Origin: Eledone cirrhosa
Taxonomy: Eukaryota
Reading direction: 5' to 3'
Length of the DNA: 64,000 bases
NCBI GenBank assembly: GCA_964016885.1
Contig: OZ024743.1
Span: 236,654,001 to 236,718,000, forward strand
Shown here piece after piece: positions 16,401-31,400 of this stretch; the first letter of the stretch is position 1, and each line of letters begins with the position of its first letter. The notes below the pieces were generated by a model. That model did not search any database, was not told where the DNA came from, and saw only the letters and a program-made list of their open reading frames with translations. The position numbers were made by a program, and so were the translations under genes.

Positions 16401-19400
16401 CTACAGGTTGTATGTTCCTTCAGTCAATCTCCTATACTACAGGTTGTATGTTCCTTCAGTCAATCTCCTATACTACTGGTTGTATATTCCTTCAGTCAAT
16501 CTCCTATACTACAGGTTGTATATTCCTTCAGTCAATCTCCTATACTACAGGTTGTATGTTCCTTCAGTCAATCTCCTATACTACAAGTTGTATATTCCTT
16601 CAGTCAATCTCCTATACTACAGGTTGTATGTTCCTTCAGTCAATCTCCTATACTACGGGTTGTATGTTCCTTCAGTCAATCTCCTATACTACAGGTTGTA
16701 TGTTCCTTCAGTCAATCTCCTATACTACGGGTTGTATGTTCCTTCAGTCAATCTGCTATACTACAGGTTGTATGTTCCTTCAGTCAATCTCCTATACTAC
16801 AGGTTGTATGTTCCTTCAGTCAATCTCCTATACTACTGGTTGTATATTCCTTCAGTCAATCTCCTATACTACTGGTTGTATATTCCTTCAGTCAATCTCC
16901 TACACTACAGGTTGTATGTTCCTTCAGTCAATCTCCTATACTACTGGTTGTATATTCCTTCAGTCAATCTCCTATACTACTGGTTGTATGTTCCTTCAGT
17001 CAATCTCCTATACTACTGGTTGTATATTCCTTCAGTCGATCTCCTATACTACAAGTTGTATATTCCTTCAGTCAATGTCCTACACTACAGGTTGTATATT
17101 CCTTCAGTCAATCTCCTATACTACAGGTTGTATGTTCCTTCAGTCAATCTCCTATACTACAGGTTGTATGTTCCTTCAGTCAATCTCCTATACTACTGAT
17201 TGTATATTCCTTCAGTCAATCTCCTATACTACAGGTTGTATATTCCTTCAGTCAATCTCCTATACTACAGGTTGTATATTCCTTCAGTCAATCTCCTATA
17301 CTACAGGTTGTATGTTCCTTCAGTCAATCTCCTATACTACTAGTTGTATATTCCTTCAGTCGATCTCCTATACTACAGGTTGTATATTCCTTCAGTCAAT
17401 CTCCTATACTACAGGTTGTATATTCCTTCAGTCAATCTCCTATACTACTGGTTGTATGTTCCTTCAGTCAATCTCCTATACTACTAGTTGTATATTCCTT
17501 CAGTCGATCTCCTATACTACAGGTTGTATATTCCTTCAGTCAATCTCCTATACTACAGGTTGTATATTCCTTCAGTCAATATCCTATACTACAGGTTGTA
17601 TGTTCCTTCAGTCAATCTCCTATACTACAGGTTGTATGTTCCTTCAGTCAATCTCCTATACTACTGGTTGTATATTCCTTCAGTCAATCTCCTATACTAC
17701 AGGTTGTATATTCCTTCAGTCAATCTCCTATACTACAGGTTGTATGTTCCTTCAGTCAATCTCCTATACTACAGGTTGTATATTCCTTCAGTCAATCTCC
17801 TATACTACAGGTTGTATGTTCCTTCAGTCAATCTCCTATACTACGGGTTGTATGTTCCTTCAGTCAATCTCCTATACTACAGGTTGTATGTTCCTTCAGT
17901 CAATCCCCTATACTACAGGTTGTATATTCCTTCAGTCAATCTCCTATACTACTGGTTGTATATTCCTTCAGTCAATCTCCTATACTACTGGTTGTATGTT
18001 CCTTCAGTCAATCCCCTATACTACTGGTTGTATATTCCTTCAGTCAATCTCCTATACTACTGGTTGTATGTTCCTTCAGTCAATCTCCTATACTATTGGT
18101 TGTATGTTCCTTCAGTTAATCTCCTATACTACTGGTTGTATATTCCTTCAGTCAATCTCCTATACTACAGGTTGTATATTTCTTCATTTAATCTCCTATA
18201 CTACTGGTTGTATGTTCCATCAGTTAATCTCCTATACTATTGGTTGTATATTACTTCTGTCAATCTCCTATACTACAGGTTGTATATTTCTTCAGTCAAT
18301 CTCCTATACTATTGGTTGTATGTTCCTTCAGTTAATCTCCTATACTACTGGTTGTATATTCCTTCAGTCAATCTCCTATACTACAGGTTGTATATTCCTT
18401 CAGTCAATCTCCTATACTACAGGTTGTATGTTCCTTCAGTCAATCTCCTATACTACTGGTTGTATGTTCCTTCAGTCAATCTCCTATACTACGGGTTGTA
18501 TGTTCCTTCAGTCAATCTCCTATACCACGGGTTGTATGTTCCTTCAGTCAATCTCCTATACTACGGGTTGTATGTTCCTTCAGTCAATCTCCTATACTAC
18601 TGGTTGTATATTCCTTCAGTCAATCTCCTATACTACAGGTTGCATATTCCTTCAGTCAATCTCCTATACTACGGGTTGTATGTTCCTTCAGTCAATCTCC
18701 TACACAACGGGGTTGTATGTTCCTTCAGTCAATCTCCTATACTACAGGTTGTATATTCCTTCAGTCAATCTCCTATACAACAGGTTGTATGTTCCTTCAG
18801 TCAATCTCCTATACTACAGGTTGTATATTCCTTCAGTCACTCTCCTATACTACAGGTTGTATGTTCCTTCAGTCAATCTCCTATACTACGGGTTGTATGT
18901 TCCTTCAGTCAATCTCCTATACTACAGGTTGTATGTTCCTTCAGTCAATCTCCTATACTACAGGTTGTATATTCCTTCAGTCAATCTCCTATACTACAGG
19001 TTGTATGTTCCTTCAGTCAATCTCCTATACTACAAGTTGTATGTTCCTTCAGTCAATCTCCTATACTACAAGTTGTATATTCCTTCAGTCAATCTCCTAT
19101 ACTACAGGTTGTATATTCCTTCAGTCACTCTCCTATACTACAGGTTGTATGTTCCTTCAGTCAATCTCCTATACTACAGGTTGTATGTTCCTTCAGTCAA
19201 TCTCCTATACTACTGGTTGTATATTCCTTCAGTCAATCTCCTATACTACAGGTTGTATATTCCTTCAGTCAATCTCCTATACTACAGGTTGTATGTTCCT
19301 TCAGTCAATCTCCTATACTACAAGTTGTATATTCCTTCAGTCAATCTCCTATACTACAGGTTGTATGTTCCTTCAGTCAATCTCCTATACTACGGGTTGT

Positions 19401-22400
19401 ATGTTCCTTCAGTCAATCTCCTATACTACAGGTTGTATGTTCCTTCAGTCAATCTCCTATACTACGGGTTGTATGTTCCTTCAGTCAATCTGCTATACTA
19501 CAGGTTGTATGTTCCTTCAGTCAATCTCCTATACTACAGGTTGTATGTTCCTTCAGTCAATCTCCTATACTACTGGTTGTATATTCCTTCAGTCAATCTC
19601 CTATACTACTGGTTGTATATTCCTTCAGTCAATCTCCTACACTACAGGTTGTATGTTCCTTCAGTCAATCTCCTATACTACTGGTTGTATATTCCTTCAG
19701 TCAATCTCCTATACTACTGGTTGTATGTTCCTTCAGTCAATCTCCTATACTACTGGTTGTATATTCCTTCAGTCGATCTCCTATACTACAAGTTGTATAT
19801 TCCTTCAGTCAATGTCCTACACTACAGGTTGTATATTCCTTCAGTCAATCTCCTATACTACAGGTTGTATGTTCCTTCAGTCAATCTCCTATACTACAGG
19901 TTGTATGTTCCTTCAGTCAATCTCCTATACTACTGATTGTATATTCCTTCAGTCAATCTCCTAAACTACAGGTTGTATATTCCTTCAGTCAATCTCCTAT
20001 ACTACAGGTTGTATATTCCTTCAGTCAATCTCCTATACTACAGGTTGTATGTTCCTTCAGTCAATCTCCTATACTACTAGTTGTATATTCCTTCAGTCGA
20101 TCTCCTATACTACAGGTTGTATATTCCTTCAGTCAATCTCCTATACTACAGGTTGTATATTCCTTCAGTCAATCTCCTATACTACTGGTTGTATGTTCCT
20201 TCAGTCAATCTCCTATACTACTAGTTGTATATTCCTTCAGTCGATCTCCTATACTACAGGTTGTATATTCCTTCAGTCAATCTCCTATACTACAGGTTGT
20301 ATATTCCTTCAGTCAATATCCTATACTACAGGTTGTATGTTCCTTCAGTCAATCTCCTATACTACAGGTTGTATGTTCCTTCAGTCAATCTCCTATACTA
20401 CTGGTTGTATATTCCTTCAGTCAATCTCCTATACTACTGGTTGTATATTCCTTCAGTCAATCTCCTATACTACAGGTTGTATATTCCTTCAGTCAATCTC
20501 CTATACTACAGGTTGTATGTTCCTTCAGTCAATCTCCTATACTACAAGTTGTATATTCCTTCAGTCAATCTCCTATACTACAGGTTGTATGTTCCTTCAG
20601 TCAATCTCCTATACTACGGGTTGTATGTTCCTTCAGTCAATCTCCTATACTACAGGTTGTATGTTCCTTCAGTCAATCTCCTATACTACGGGTTGTATGT
20701 TCCTTCAGTCAATCTGCTATACTACAGGTTGTATGTTCCTTCAGTCAATCACCTATACTACAGGTTGTATGTTCCTTCAGTCAATCTCCTATACTACTGG
20801 TTGTATATTCCTTCAGTCAATCTCCTATACTACTGGTTGTATATTCCTTCAGTCAATCTCCTACACTACAGGTTGTATGTTCCTTCAGTCAATCTCCTAT
20901 ACTACTGGTTGTATATTCCTTCAGTCAATCTCCTATACTACTGGTTGTATGTTCCTTCAGTCAATCTCCTATACTACTGGTTGTATATTCCTTCAGTCGA
21001 TCTCCTATACTACAAGTTGTATATTCCTTCAGTCAATGTCCTACACTACAGGTTGTATATTCCTTCAGTCAATCTCCTATACTACAGGTTGTATGTTCCT
21101 TCAGTCAATCTCCTATACTACAGGTTGTATGTTCCTTCAGTCAATCTCCTATACTACTGATTGTATATTCCTTCAGTCAATCTCCTATACTACAGGTTGT
21201 ATATTCCTTCAGTCAATCTCCTATACTACAGGTTGTATATTCCTTCAGTCAATCTCCTATACTACAGGTTGTATGTTCCTTCAGTCAATCTCCTATACTA
21301 CTAGTTGTATATTCCTTCAGTCGATCTCCTATACTACAGGTTGTATATTCCTTCAGTCTATCTCCTATACTACAGGTTGTATATTCCTTCAGTCAATCTC
21401 CTATACTACTGGTTGTATGTTCCTTCAGTCAATCTCCTATACTACTAGTTGTATATTCCTTCAGTCGATCTCCTATACTACAGGTTGTATATTCCTTCAG
21501 TCAATCTCCTATACTACAGGTTGTATATTCCTTCAGTCAATATCCTATACTACAGGTTGTATGTTCCTTCAGTCAATCTCCTATACTACAGGTTGTATGT
21601 TCCTTCAGTCAATCTCCTATACTACTGGTTGTATATTCCTTCAGTCAATCTCCTATACTACAGGTTGTATATTCCTTCAGTCAATCTCCTATACTACAGG
21701 TTGTATGTTCCTTCAGTCAATCTCCTATACTACAGGTTGTATATTCCTTCAGTCAATCTCCTATACTACAGGTTGTATGTTCCTTCAGTCAATCTCCTAT
21801 ACTACGGGTTGTATGTTCCTTCAGTCAATCTCCTATACTACAGGTTGTATGTTCCTTCAGTCAATCCCCTATACTACAGGTTGTATATTCCTTCAGTCAA
21901 TCTCCTATACTACTGGTTGTATATTCCTTCAGTCAATCTCCTATACTACTGGTTGTATGTTCCTTCAGTCAATCCCCTATACTACTGGTTGTATATTCCT
22001 TCAGTCAATCTCCTATACTACTGGTTGTATGTTCCTTCAGTCAATCTCCTATACTACTGGTTGTATGTTCTTTCAGTCAATCTCCTATACTACGGGTTGT
22101 ATGTTCCTTCAGTCAATCTCCTATACTACTGGTTGTATGTTCCTTCAGTCAATCTCCTATACTACGGGTTGTATGTTCCTTCAGTCAATCTCCTATACTA
22201 CGGGTTGTATGTTCCTTCAGTCAATCTCCTATACTACGGGTTGTATGTTCCTTCAGTCAATCTCCTATACTACATGTTGTATGTTCCTTCAGTCAATCTC
22301 CTATACTATTGGTTGTATGTTCCTTCAGTTAATCTCCTATACTACTGGTTGTATATTCCTTCAGTCAATCTCCTATACTACAGGTTGTATATTTCTTCAG

Positions 22401-25400
22401 TCAATCTCCTATACTACTGGTTGTATGTTCCATCAGTTAATCTCCTATACTATTGGTTGTATATTACTTCTGTCAATCTCCTATACTACAGGTTGTATAT
22501 TTCTTCAGTCAATCTCCTATACTATTGGTTGTATGTTCCTTCAGTTAATCTCCTATACTACTGGTTGTATATTCCTTCAGTCAATCTCCTATACTACAGG
22601 TTGTATATTCCTTCAGTCAATCTCCTATACTACAGGTTGTATGTTCCTTCAGTCAATCTCCTATACTACTGGTTGTATGTTCCTTCAGTCAATCTCCTAT
22701 ACTACGGCTTGTATGTTCCTTCAGTCAATCTCCTATACCACGGGTTGTATGTTCCTTCAGTCAATCTCCTATACTACGGGTTGTATGTTCCTTCAGTCAA
22801 TCTCCTATACTACTGGTTGTATATTCCTTCAGTCAATCTCCTATACTACAGGTTGCATATTCCTTCAGTCAATCTCCTATACTACGGGTTGTATGTTCCT
22901 TCAGTCAATCTCCTACACAACGGGGTTGTATGTTCCTTCAGTCAATCTCCTATACTACAGGTTGTATATTCCTTCAGTCAATCTCCTATACAACAGGTTG
23001 TATGTTCCTTCAGTCAATCTCCTATACTACAGGTTGTATATTCCTTCAGTCACTCTCCTATACTACAGGTTGTATGTTCCTTCAGTCAATCTCCTATACT
23101 ACCGGTTGTATGTTCCTTCAGTCAATCTCCTATACTACAGGTTGTATGTTCCTTCAGTCAATCTCCTATACTACAGGTTGTATATTCCTTCAGTCAATCT
23201 CCTATACTACAGGTTGTATGTTCCTTCAGTCAATCTCCTATACTACAAGTTGTATATTCCTTCAGTCAATCTCCTATACTACAGGTTGTATATTCCTTCA
23301 GTCACTCTCCTATACTACAGGTTGTATGTTCCTTCAGTCAATCTCCTATACTACAGGTTGTATGTTCCTTCAGTCAATCTCCTATACTACTGGTTGTATA
23401 TTCCTTCAGTCAATCTCCTATACTACAGGTTGTATATTCCTTCAGTCAATCTCCTATACTACAGGTTGTATGTTCCTTCAGTCAATCTCCTATACTACAA
23501 GTTGTATATTCCTTCAGTCAATCTCCTATACTACAGGTTGTATGTTCCTTCAGTCAATCTCCTATACTACGGGTTGTATGTTCCTTCAGTCAATCTCCTA
23601 TACTACAGGTTGTATGTTCCTTCAGTCAATCTCCTATACTACGGGTTGTATGTTCCTTCAGTCAATCTCCTATACTACAGGTTGTATGTTCCTTCAGTCA
23701 ATCTCCTATACTACAGGTTGTATGTTCCTTCAGTCAATCTCCTATACTACTGGTTGTATATTCCTTCAGTCAATCTCCTATACTACTGGTTGTATATTCC
23801 TTCAGTCAATCTCCTACACTACAGGTTGTATGTTCCTTCAGTCAATCTCCTATACTACTGGTTGTATATTCCTTCAGTCAATCTCCTATACTACTGGTTG
23901 TATGTTCCTTCAGTCAATCTCCTATACTACTGGTTGTATATTCCTTCAGTCGATCTCCTATACTACAAGTTGTATATTCCTTCAGTCAATCTCCTACACT
24001 ACAGGTTGTATATTCCTTCAGTCAATCTCCTATACTACAGGTTGTATGTTCCTTCAGTCAATCTCCTATACTACAGGTTGTATGTTCCTTCAGTCAATCT
24101 CCTATACTACTGATTGTATATTCCTTCAGTCAATCTCCTATACTACAGGTTGTATATTCCTTCAGTCAATCTCCTATACTACAGGTTGTATATTCCTTCA
24201 GTCAATCTCCTATACTACAGGTTGTATGTTCCTTCAGTCAATCTCCTATACTACGGGTTGTATGTTCCTTCAGTCAATCTCCTATACTACAGGTTTTATG
24301 TCCCTTCAGTCAATCCCCTATACTACAGGTTGTATATTCCTTCAGTCAATCTCCTATACTACTGGTTGTATATTCCTTCAGTCAATCTCCTATACTACTG
24401 GTTGTATGTTCCTTCAGTCAATCCCCTATACTACAGGTTGTATATTCCTTCAGTCAATCTCCTATACTACTGGTTGTATATTCCTTCAGTCAATCTCCTA
24501 TACTACTGGTTGTATGTTCCTTCAGTCAATCTCCTGTACTACTGGTTGTATGTTCCTTCAGTCAATCTCCTATACTACGGGTTGTATGTTCCTTCAGTCA
24601 ATCTCCTATACTACAGGTTGTATGTTCCTTCAGTCAATCTCCTATACTACGGGTTGTATGTTCCTTCATTCAATCTCCTATACTACGGGTTGTATGTTCC
24701 TTCAGTCAATCTCCTATACTACGGGTTGTATGTTCCTTCAGTCAATCTCCTATACTACATGTTGTATGTTCCTTCAGTCAATCTCCTATACTATTGGTTG
24801 TATGTTCCTTCAAATATTAATCTCCTATACTACTGGTTGTATATTCCTTCAGTCAATCTCCTATACTACAGGTTGTATATTTCTTCAGTCAATCTCCTAT
24901 ACTACTGGTTGTATGTTCCATCAGTTAATCTCCTATACTATTGGTTGTATATTACTTCTGTCAATCTCCTATACTACAGGTTGTATATTTCTTCAGTCAA
25001 TCTCCTATACTATTGGTTGTATGTTCCTTCAGTTAATCTCCTATACTACTGGTTGTATATTCCTTCAGTCAATCTCCTATACTACAGGTTGTATATTCCT
25101 TCAGTCAATCTCCTATACTACAGGTTGTATGTTCCTTCAGTCAATCTCCTATACTACTGGTTGTATGTTCCTTCAGTCAATCTCCTATACTACGGGTTGT
25201 ATGTACCTTCAGTCAATCTCCTATACTACGGGTTGTATGTTCCTTCAGTCAATCTCCTATACTACGGGTTGTATGTTCCTTCAGTCAATCTCCTATACTA
25301 CTGGTTGTATATTCCTTCAGTCAATCTCCTATACTACAGGTTGCATATTCCTTCAGTCAATCTCCTATACTACGGGTTGTATGTTCCTTCAGTCAATCTC

Positions 25401-28400
25401 CTACACAACGGGGTTGTATGTTCCTTCAGTCAATCTCCTATACTACAGGTTGTATATTCCTTCAGTCACTCTCCTATACTACAGGTTGTATGTTCCTTCA
25501 GTCAATCTCCTATACTACGGGTTGTATGTTCCTTCAGTCAATCTCCTATACTACAGGTTGTATGTTCCTTCAGTCAATCTCCTATACTACAGGTTGTATA
25601 TTCCTTCAGTCAATCTCCTATACTACAGGTGGTATGTTCCTTCAGTCAATCTCCTATACTACAAGTTGTATATTCCTTCAGTCAATCTCCTATACTACAG
25701 GTTGTATATTCCTTCAGTCACTCTCCTATACTACAGGTTGTATGTTCCTTCAGTCAATCTCCTATACTACAGGTTGTATGTTCCTTCAGTCAATCTCCTA
25801 TACTACTGGTTGTATATTCCTTCAGTCAATCTCCTATACTACAGGTTGTATATTCCTTCAGTCAATCTCCTATACTACTGGTTGTATATTCCTTCAGTCA
25901 ATCTCCTATACTACAGGTTGTATATTCCTTCAGTCAATCTCCTATACTACAGGTTGTATGTTCCTTCAGTCAATCTCCTATACTACAAGTTGTATATTCC
26001 TTCAGTCAATCTCCTATACTACAGGTTGTATGTTCCTTCAGTCAATCTCCTATACTACTGGTTGTATATTCCTTCAGTCAATCTCCTATACTACTGGTTG
26101 TATATTCCTTCAGTCAATCTCCTACACTACAGGTTGTATGTTCCTTCAGTCAATCTCCTATACTACTGGTTGTATATTCCTTCAGTCAATCTCCTATACT
26201 ACTGGTTGTATGTTCCTTCAGTCAATCTCCTATACTACTGGTTGTATATTCCTTCAGTCGATCTCCTATACTACAAGTTGTATATTCCTTCAGTCAATCT
26301 CCTACACTACAGGTTGTATATTCCTTCAGTCAATCTCCTATACTACAGGTTGTATGTTCCTTCAGTCAATCTCCTATACTACAGGTTGTATGTTCCTTCA
26401 GTCAATCTCCTATACTACTGGTTGTATATTCCTTCAGTCAATCTCCTATACTACAGGTTGTATATTCCTTCAGTCAATCTCCTATACTACAGGTTGTATA
26501 TTCCTTCAGTCAATCTCCTATACTACAGGTTGTATGTTCCTTCAGTCAATCTCCTATACTACGGGTTGTATGTTCCTTCAGTCAATCTCCTATACTACAG
26601 GTTTTATGTCCCTTCAGTCAATCCCCTATACTACAGGTTGTATATTCCTTCAGTCAATCTCCTATACTACTGGTTGTATATTCCTTCAGTCAATCTCCTA
26701 TACTACTGGTTGTATGTTCCTTCAGTCAATCCCCTATACTACAGGTTGTATATTCCTTCAGTCAATCTCCTATACTACTGGTTGTATATTCCTTCAGTCA
26801 ATCTCCTATACTACTGGTTGTATGTTCCTTCAGTCAATCTCCTATACTACTGGTTGTATGTTCCTTCAGTCAATCTCCTATACTACGGGTTGTATGTTCC
26901 TTCAGTCAATCTCCTATACTACAGGTTGTATGTTCCTTCAGTCAATCTCCTATACTACGGGTTGTATGTTCCTTCATTCAATCTCCTATACTACGGGTTG
27001 TATGTTCCTTCAGTCAATCTCCTATACTACGGGTTGTATGTTCCTTCAGTCAATCTCCTATACTACATGTTGTATGTTCCTTCAGTCAATCTCCTATACT
27101 ATTGGTTGTATGTTCCTTCAAATATTAATCTCCTATACTACTGGTTGTATATTCCTTCAGTCAATCTCCTATACTACAGGTTGTATATTTCTTCAGTCAA
27201 TCTCCTATACTACTGGTTGTATGTTCCATCAGTTAATCTCCTATACTATTGGTTGTATATTACTTCTGTCAATCTCCTATACTACAGGTTGTATATTTCT
27301 TCAGTCAATCTCCTATACTATTGGTTGTATGTTCCTTCAGTTAATCTCCTATACTACTGGTTGTATATTCCTTCAGTCAATCTCCTATACTACAGGTTGT
27401 ATATTCCTTCAGTCAATCTCCTATACTACAGGTTGTATGTTCCTTCAGTCAATCTCCTATACTACTGGTTGTATGTTCCTTCAGTCAATCTCCTATACTA
27501 CGGGTTGTATGTACCTTCAGTCAATCTCCTATACTACGGGTTGTATGTTCCTTCAGTCAATCTCCCATACTACGGGTTGTATGTTCCTTCAGTCAATCTC
27601 CTATACTACTGGTTGTATATTCCTTCAGTCAATCTCCTATACTACAGGTTGCATATTCCTTCAGTCAATCTCCTATACTACGGGTTGTATGTTCCTTCAG
27701 TCAATCTCCTACACAACGGGGTTGTATGTTCCTTCAGTCAATCTCCTATACTACAGGTTGTATATTCCTTCAGTCAATCTCCTATACAACAGGTTGTATG
27801 TTCCTTCAGTCAATCTCCTATACTACAGGTTGTATATTCCTTCAGTCACTCTCCTATACTACAGGTTGTATGTTCCTTCAGTCAATCTCCTATACTACGG
27901 GTTGTATGTTCCTTCAGTCAATCTCCTATACTACAGGTTGTATGTTCCTTCAGTCAATCTCCTATACTACAGGTTGTATATTCCTTCAGTCAATCTCCTA
28001 TACTACAGGTTGTATGTTCCTTCAGTCAATCTCCTATACTACAAGTTGTATATTCCTTCAGTCAATCTCCTATACTACAGGTTGTATATTCCTTCAGTCA
28101 CTCTCCTATACTACAGGTTGTATGTTCCTTCAGTCAATCTCCTATACTACAGGTTGTATGTTCCTTCAGTCAATCTCCTATACTACAGGTTGTATATTCC
28201 TTCAGTCAATCTCCTATACTACAGGTTGTATATTCCTTCAGTCAATCTCCTATACTACAGGTTGTATGTTCCTTCAGTCAATCTCCTATACTACAAGTTG
28301 TATATTCCTTCAGTCAATCTCCTATACTACAGGTTGTATGTTCCTTCAGTCAATCTCCTATACTACGGGTTGTATGTTCCTTCAGTCAATCTCCTATACT

Positions 28401-31400
28401 ACAGGTTGTATATTCCTTCAGTCACTCTCCTATACTACAGGTTGTATGTTCCTTCAGTCAATCTCCTATACTACGGGTTGTATGTTCCTTCAGTCAATCT
28501 CCTATACTACAGGTTGTATGTTCCTTCAGTCAATCTCCTATACTACAGGTTGTATATTCCTTCAGTCAATCTCCTATACTACAGGTTGTATGTTCCTTCA
28601 GTCAATCTCCTATACTACAAGTTGTATATTCCTTCAGTCAATCTCCTATACTACAGGTTGTATATTCCTTCAGTCACTCTCCTATACTACAGGTTGTATG
28701 TTCCTTCAGTCAATCTCCTATACTACAGGTTGTATGTTCCTTCAGTCAATCTCCTATACTACAGGTTGTATATTCCTTCAGTCAATCTCCTATACTACAG
28801 GTTGTATATTCCTTCAGTCAATCTCCTATACTACAGGTTGTATGTTCCTTCAGTCAATCTCCTATACTACAAGTTGTATATTCCTTCAGTCAATCTCCTA
28901 TACTACAGGTTGTATGTTCCTTCAGTCAATCTCCTATACTACGGGTTGTATGTTCCTTCAGTCAATCTCCTATACTACAGGTTGTATGTTCCTTCAGTCA
29001 ATCTCCTATACTACGGGTTGTATGTTCCTTCAGTCAATCTCCTATACTACAGGTTGTATGTTCCTTCAGTCAATCTCCTATACTACAGGTTGTATGTTCC
29101 TTCAGTCAATCTGCTATACTACTGGTTGTATATTCCTTCAGTCAATCTCCTATACTACTGGTTGTATATTCCTTCAGTTAATCTCCTATACTACTGGTTG
29201 TATATTCCTTCAGTCAATCTCCTATACTACAGGTTGTTTATTCCTTCAGTCAATCTCCTATACTACAGGTTGTATGTTCCTTCAGTCAATCTCCTATACT
29301 ACTGGTTGTATGTTCCTTCAGTCAATCTCCTATACTACGGGTTGTATGTACCTTCAGTCAATCTCCTATACTACAGGTTGTATGTTCCTTCAGTCAATCT
29401 CCTATACTACAGGTTGTATATTCCTTCAGTCAATCTCCTATACTACAGGTTGTATATTCCTTCAGTCAATCTCCTATACTACAGGTTGTATGTTCCTTCA
29501 GTCAATCTCCTATACTACGGGTTGTATGTTCCTTCAGTCAATCTCCTATACTACAGGTTGTATGTTCCTTCAGTCAATCTCCTATACTACGGGTTGTATG
29601 TTCCTTCAGTCAATCTCCTATACTACAGGTTGTATGTTCCTTCAGTCAATCTCCTATACTACAGGTTGTATGTTCCTTCAGTCAATCTCCTATACTACTG
29701 GTTGTATATTCCTTCAGTCAATCTCCTATACTACTGGTTGTATATTCCTTCAGTCAATCTCCTACACTACAGGTTGTATGTTCCTTCAGTCAATCTCCTA
29801 TACTACTGGTTGTATATTCCTTCAGTCAATCTCCTATACTACTGGTTGTATGTTCCTTCAGTCAATCTCCTATACTACTGGTTGTATATTCCTTCAGTCG
29901 ATCTCCTATACTACAAGTTGTATATTCCTTCAGTCAATCTCCTACACTACAGGTTGTATATTCCTTCAGTCAATCTCCTATACTACAGGTTGTATGTTCC
30001 TTCAGTCAATCTCCTATACTACAGGTTGTATGTTCCTTCAGTCAATCTCCTATACTACTGATTGTATATTCCTTCAGTCAATCTCCTATACTACAGGTTG
30101 TATATTCCTTCAGTCAATCTCCTATACTACAGGTTGTATATTCCTTCAGTCAATCTCCTATACTACAGGTTGTATGTTCCTTCAGTCAATCTCCTATACT
30201 ACGTTTGTATGTTCCTTCAGTCAATCTCCTATACTACAGGTTTTATGTCCCTTCAGTCAATCCCCTATACTACAGGTTGTATATTCCTTCAGTCAATCTC
30301 CTATACTACTGGTTGTATATTCCTTCAGTCAATCTCCTATACTACTGGTTGTATGTTCCTTCAGTCAATCCCCTATACTACAGGTTGTATATTCCTTCAG
30401 TCAATCTCCTATACTACTGGTTGTATATTCCTTCAGTCAATCTCCTATACTACTGGTTGTATGTTCCTTCAGTCAATCTCCTATACTACTGGTTGTATGT
30501 TCCTTCAGTCAATCTCCTATACTACGGGTTGTATGTTCCTTCAGTCAATCTCCTATACTACAGGTTGTATGTTCCTTCAGTCAATCTCCTATACTACGGG
30601 TTGTATGTTCCTTCATTCAATCTCCTATACTACGGGTTGTATGTTCCTTCAGTCAATCTCCTATACTACGGGTTGTATGTTCCTTCAGTCAATCTCCTAT
30701 ACTACATGTTGTATGTTCCTTCAGTCAATCTCCTATACTATTGGTTGTATGTTCCTTCAAATATTAATCTCCTATACTACTGGTTGTATATTCCTTCAGT
30801 CAATCTCCTATACTACAGGTTGTATATTTCTTCAGTCAATCTCCTATACTACTGGTTGTATGTTCCATCAGTTAATCTCCTATACTATTGGTTGTATATT
30901 ACTTCTGTCAATCTCCTATACTACAGGTTGTATATTTCTTCAGTCAATCTCCTATACTATTGGTTGTATGTTCCTTCAGTTAATCTCCTATACTACTGGT
31001 TGTATATTCCTTCAGTCAATCTCCTATACTACAGGTTGTATATTCCTTCAGTCAATCTCCTATACTACAGGTTGTATGTTCCTTCAGTCAATCTCCTATA
31101 CTACTGGTTGTATGTTCCTTCAGTCAATCTCCTATACTACGGGTTGTATGTACCTTCAGTCAATCTCCTATACTACGGGTTGTATGTTCCTTCAGTCAAT
31201 CTCCTATACTACGGGTTGTATGTTCCTTCAGTCAATCTCCTATACTACTGGTTGTATATTCCTTCAGTCAATCTCCTATACTACAGGTTGCATATTCCTT
31301 CAGTCAATCTCCTATACTACGGGTTGTATGTTCCTTCAGTCAATCTCCTACACAACGGGGTTGTATGTTCCTTCAGTCAATCTCCTATACTACAGGTTGT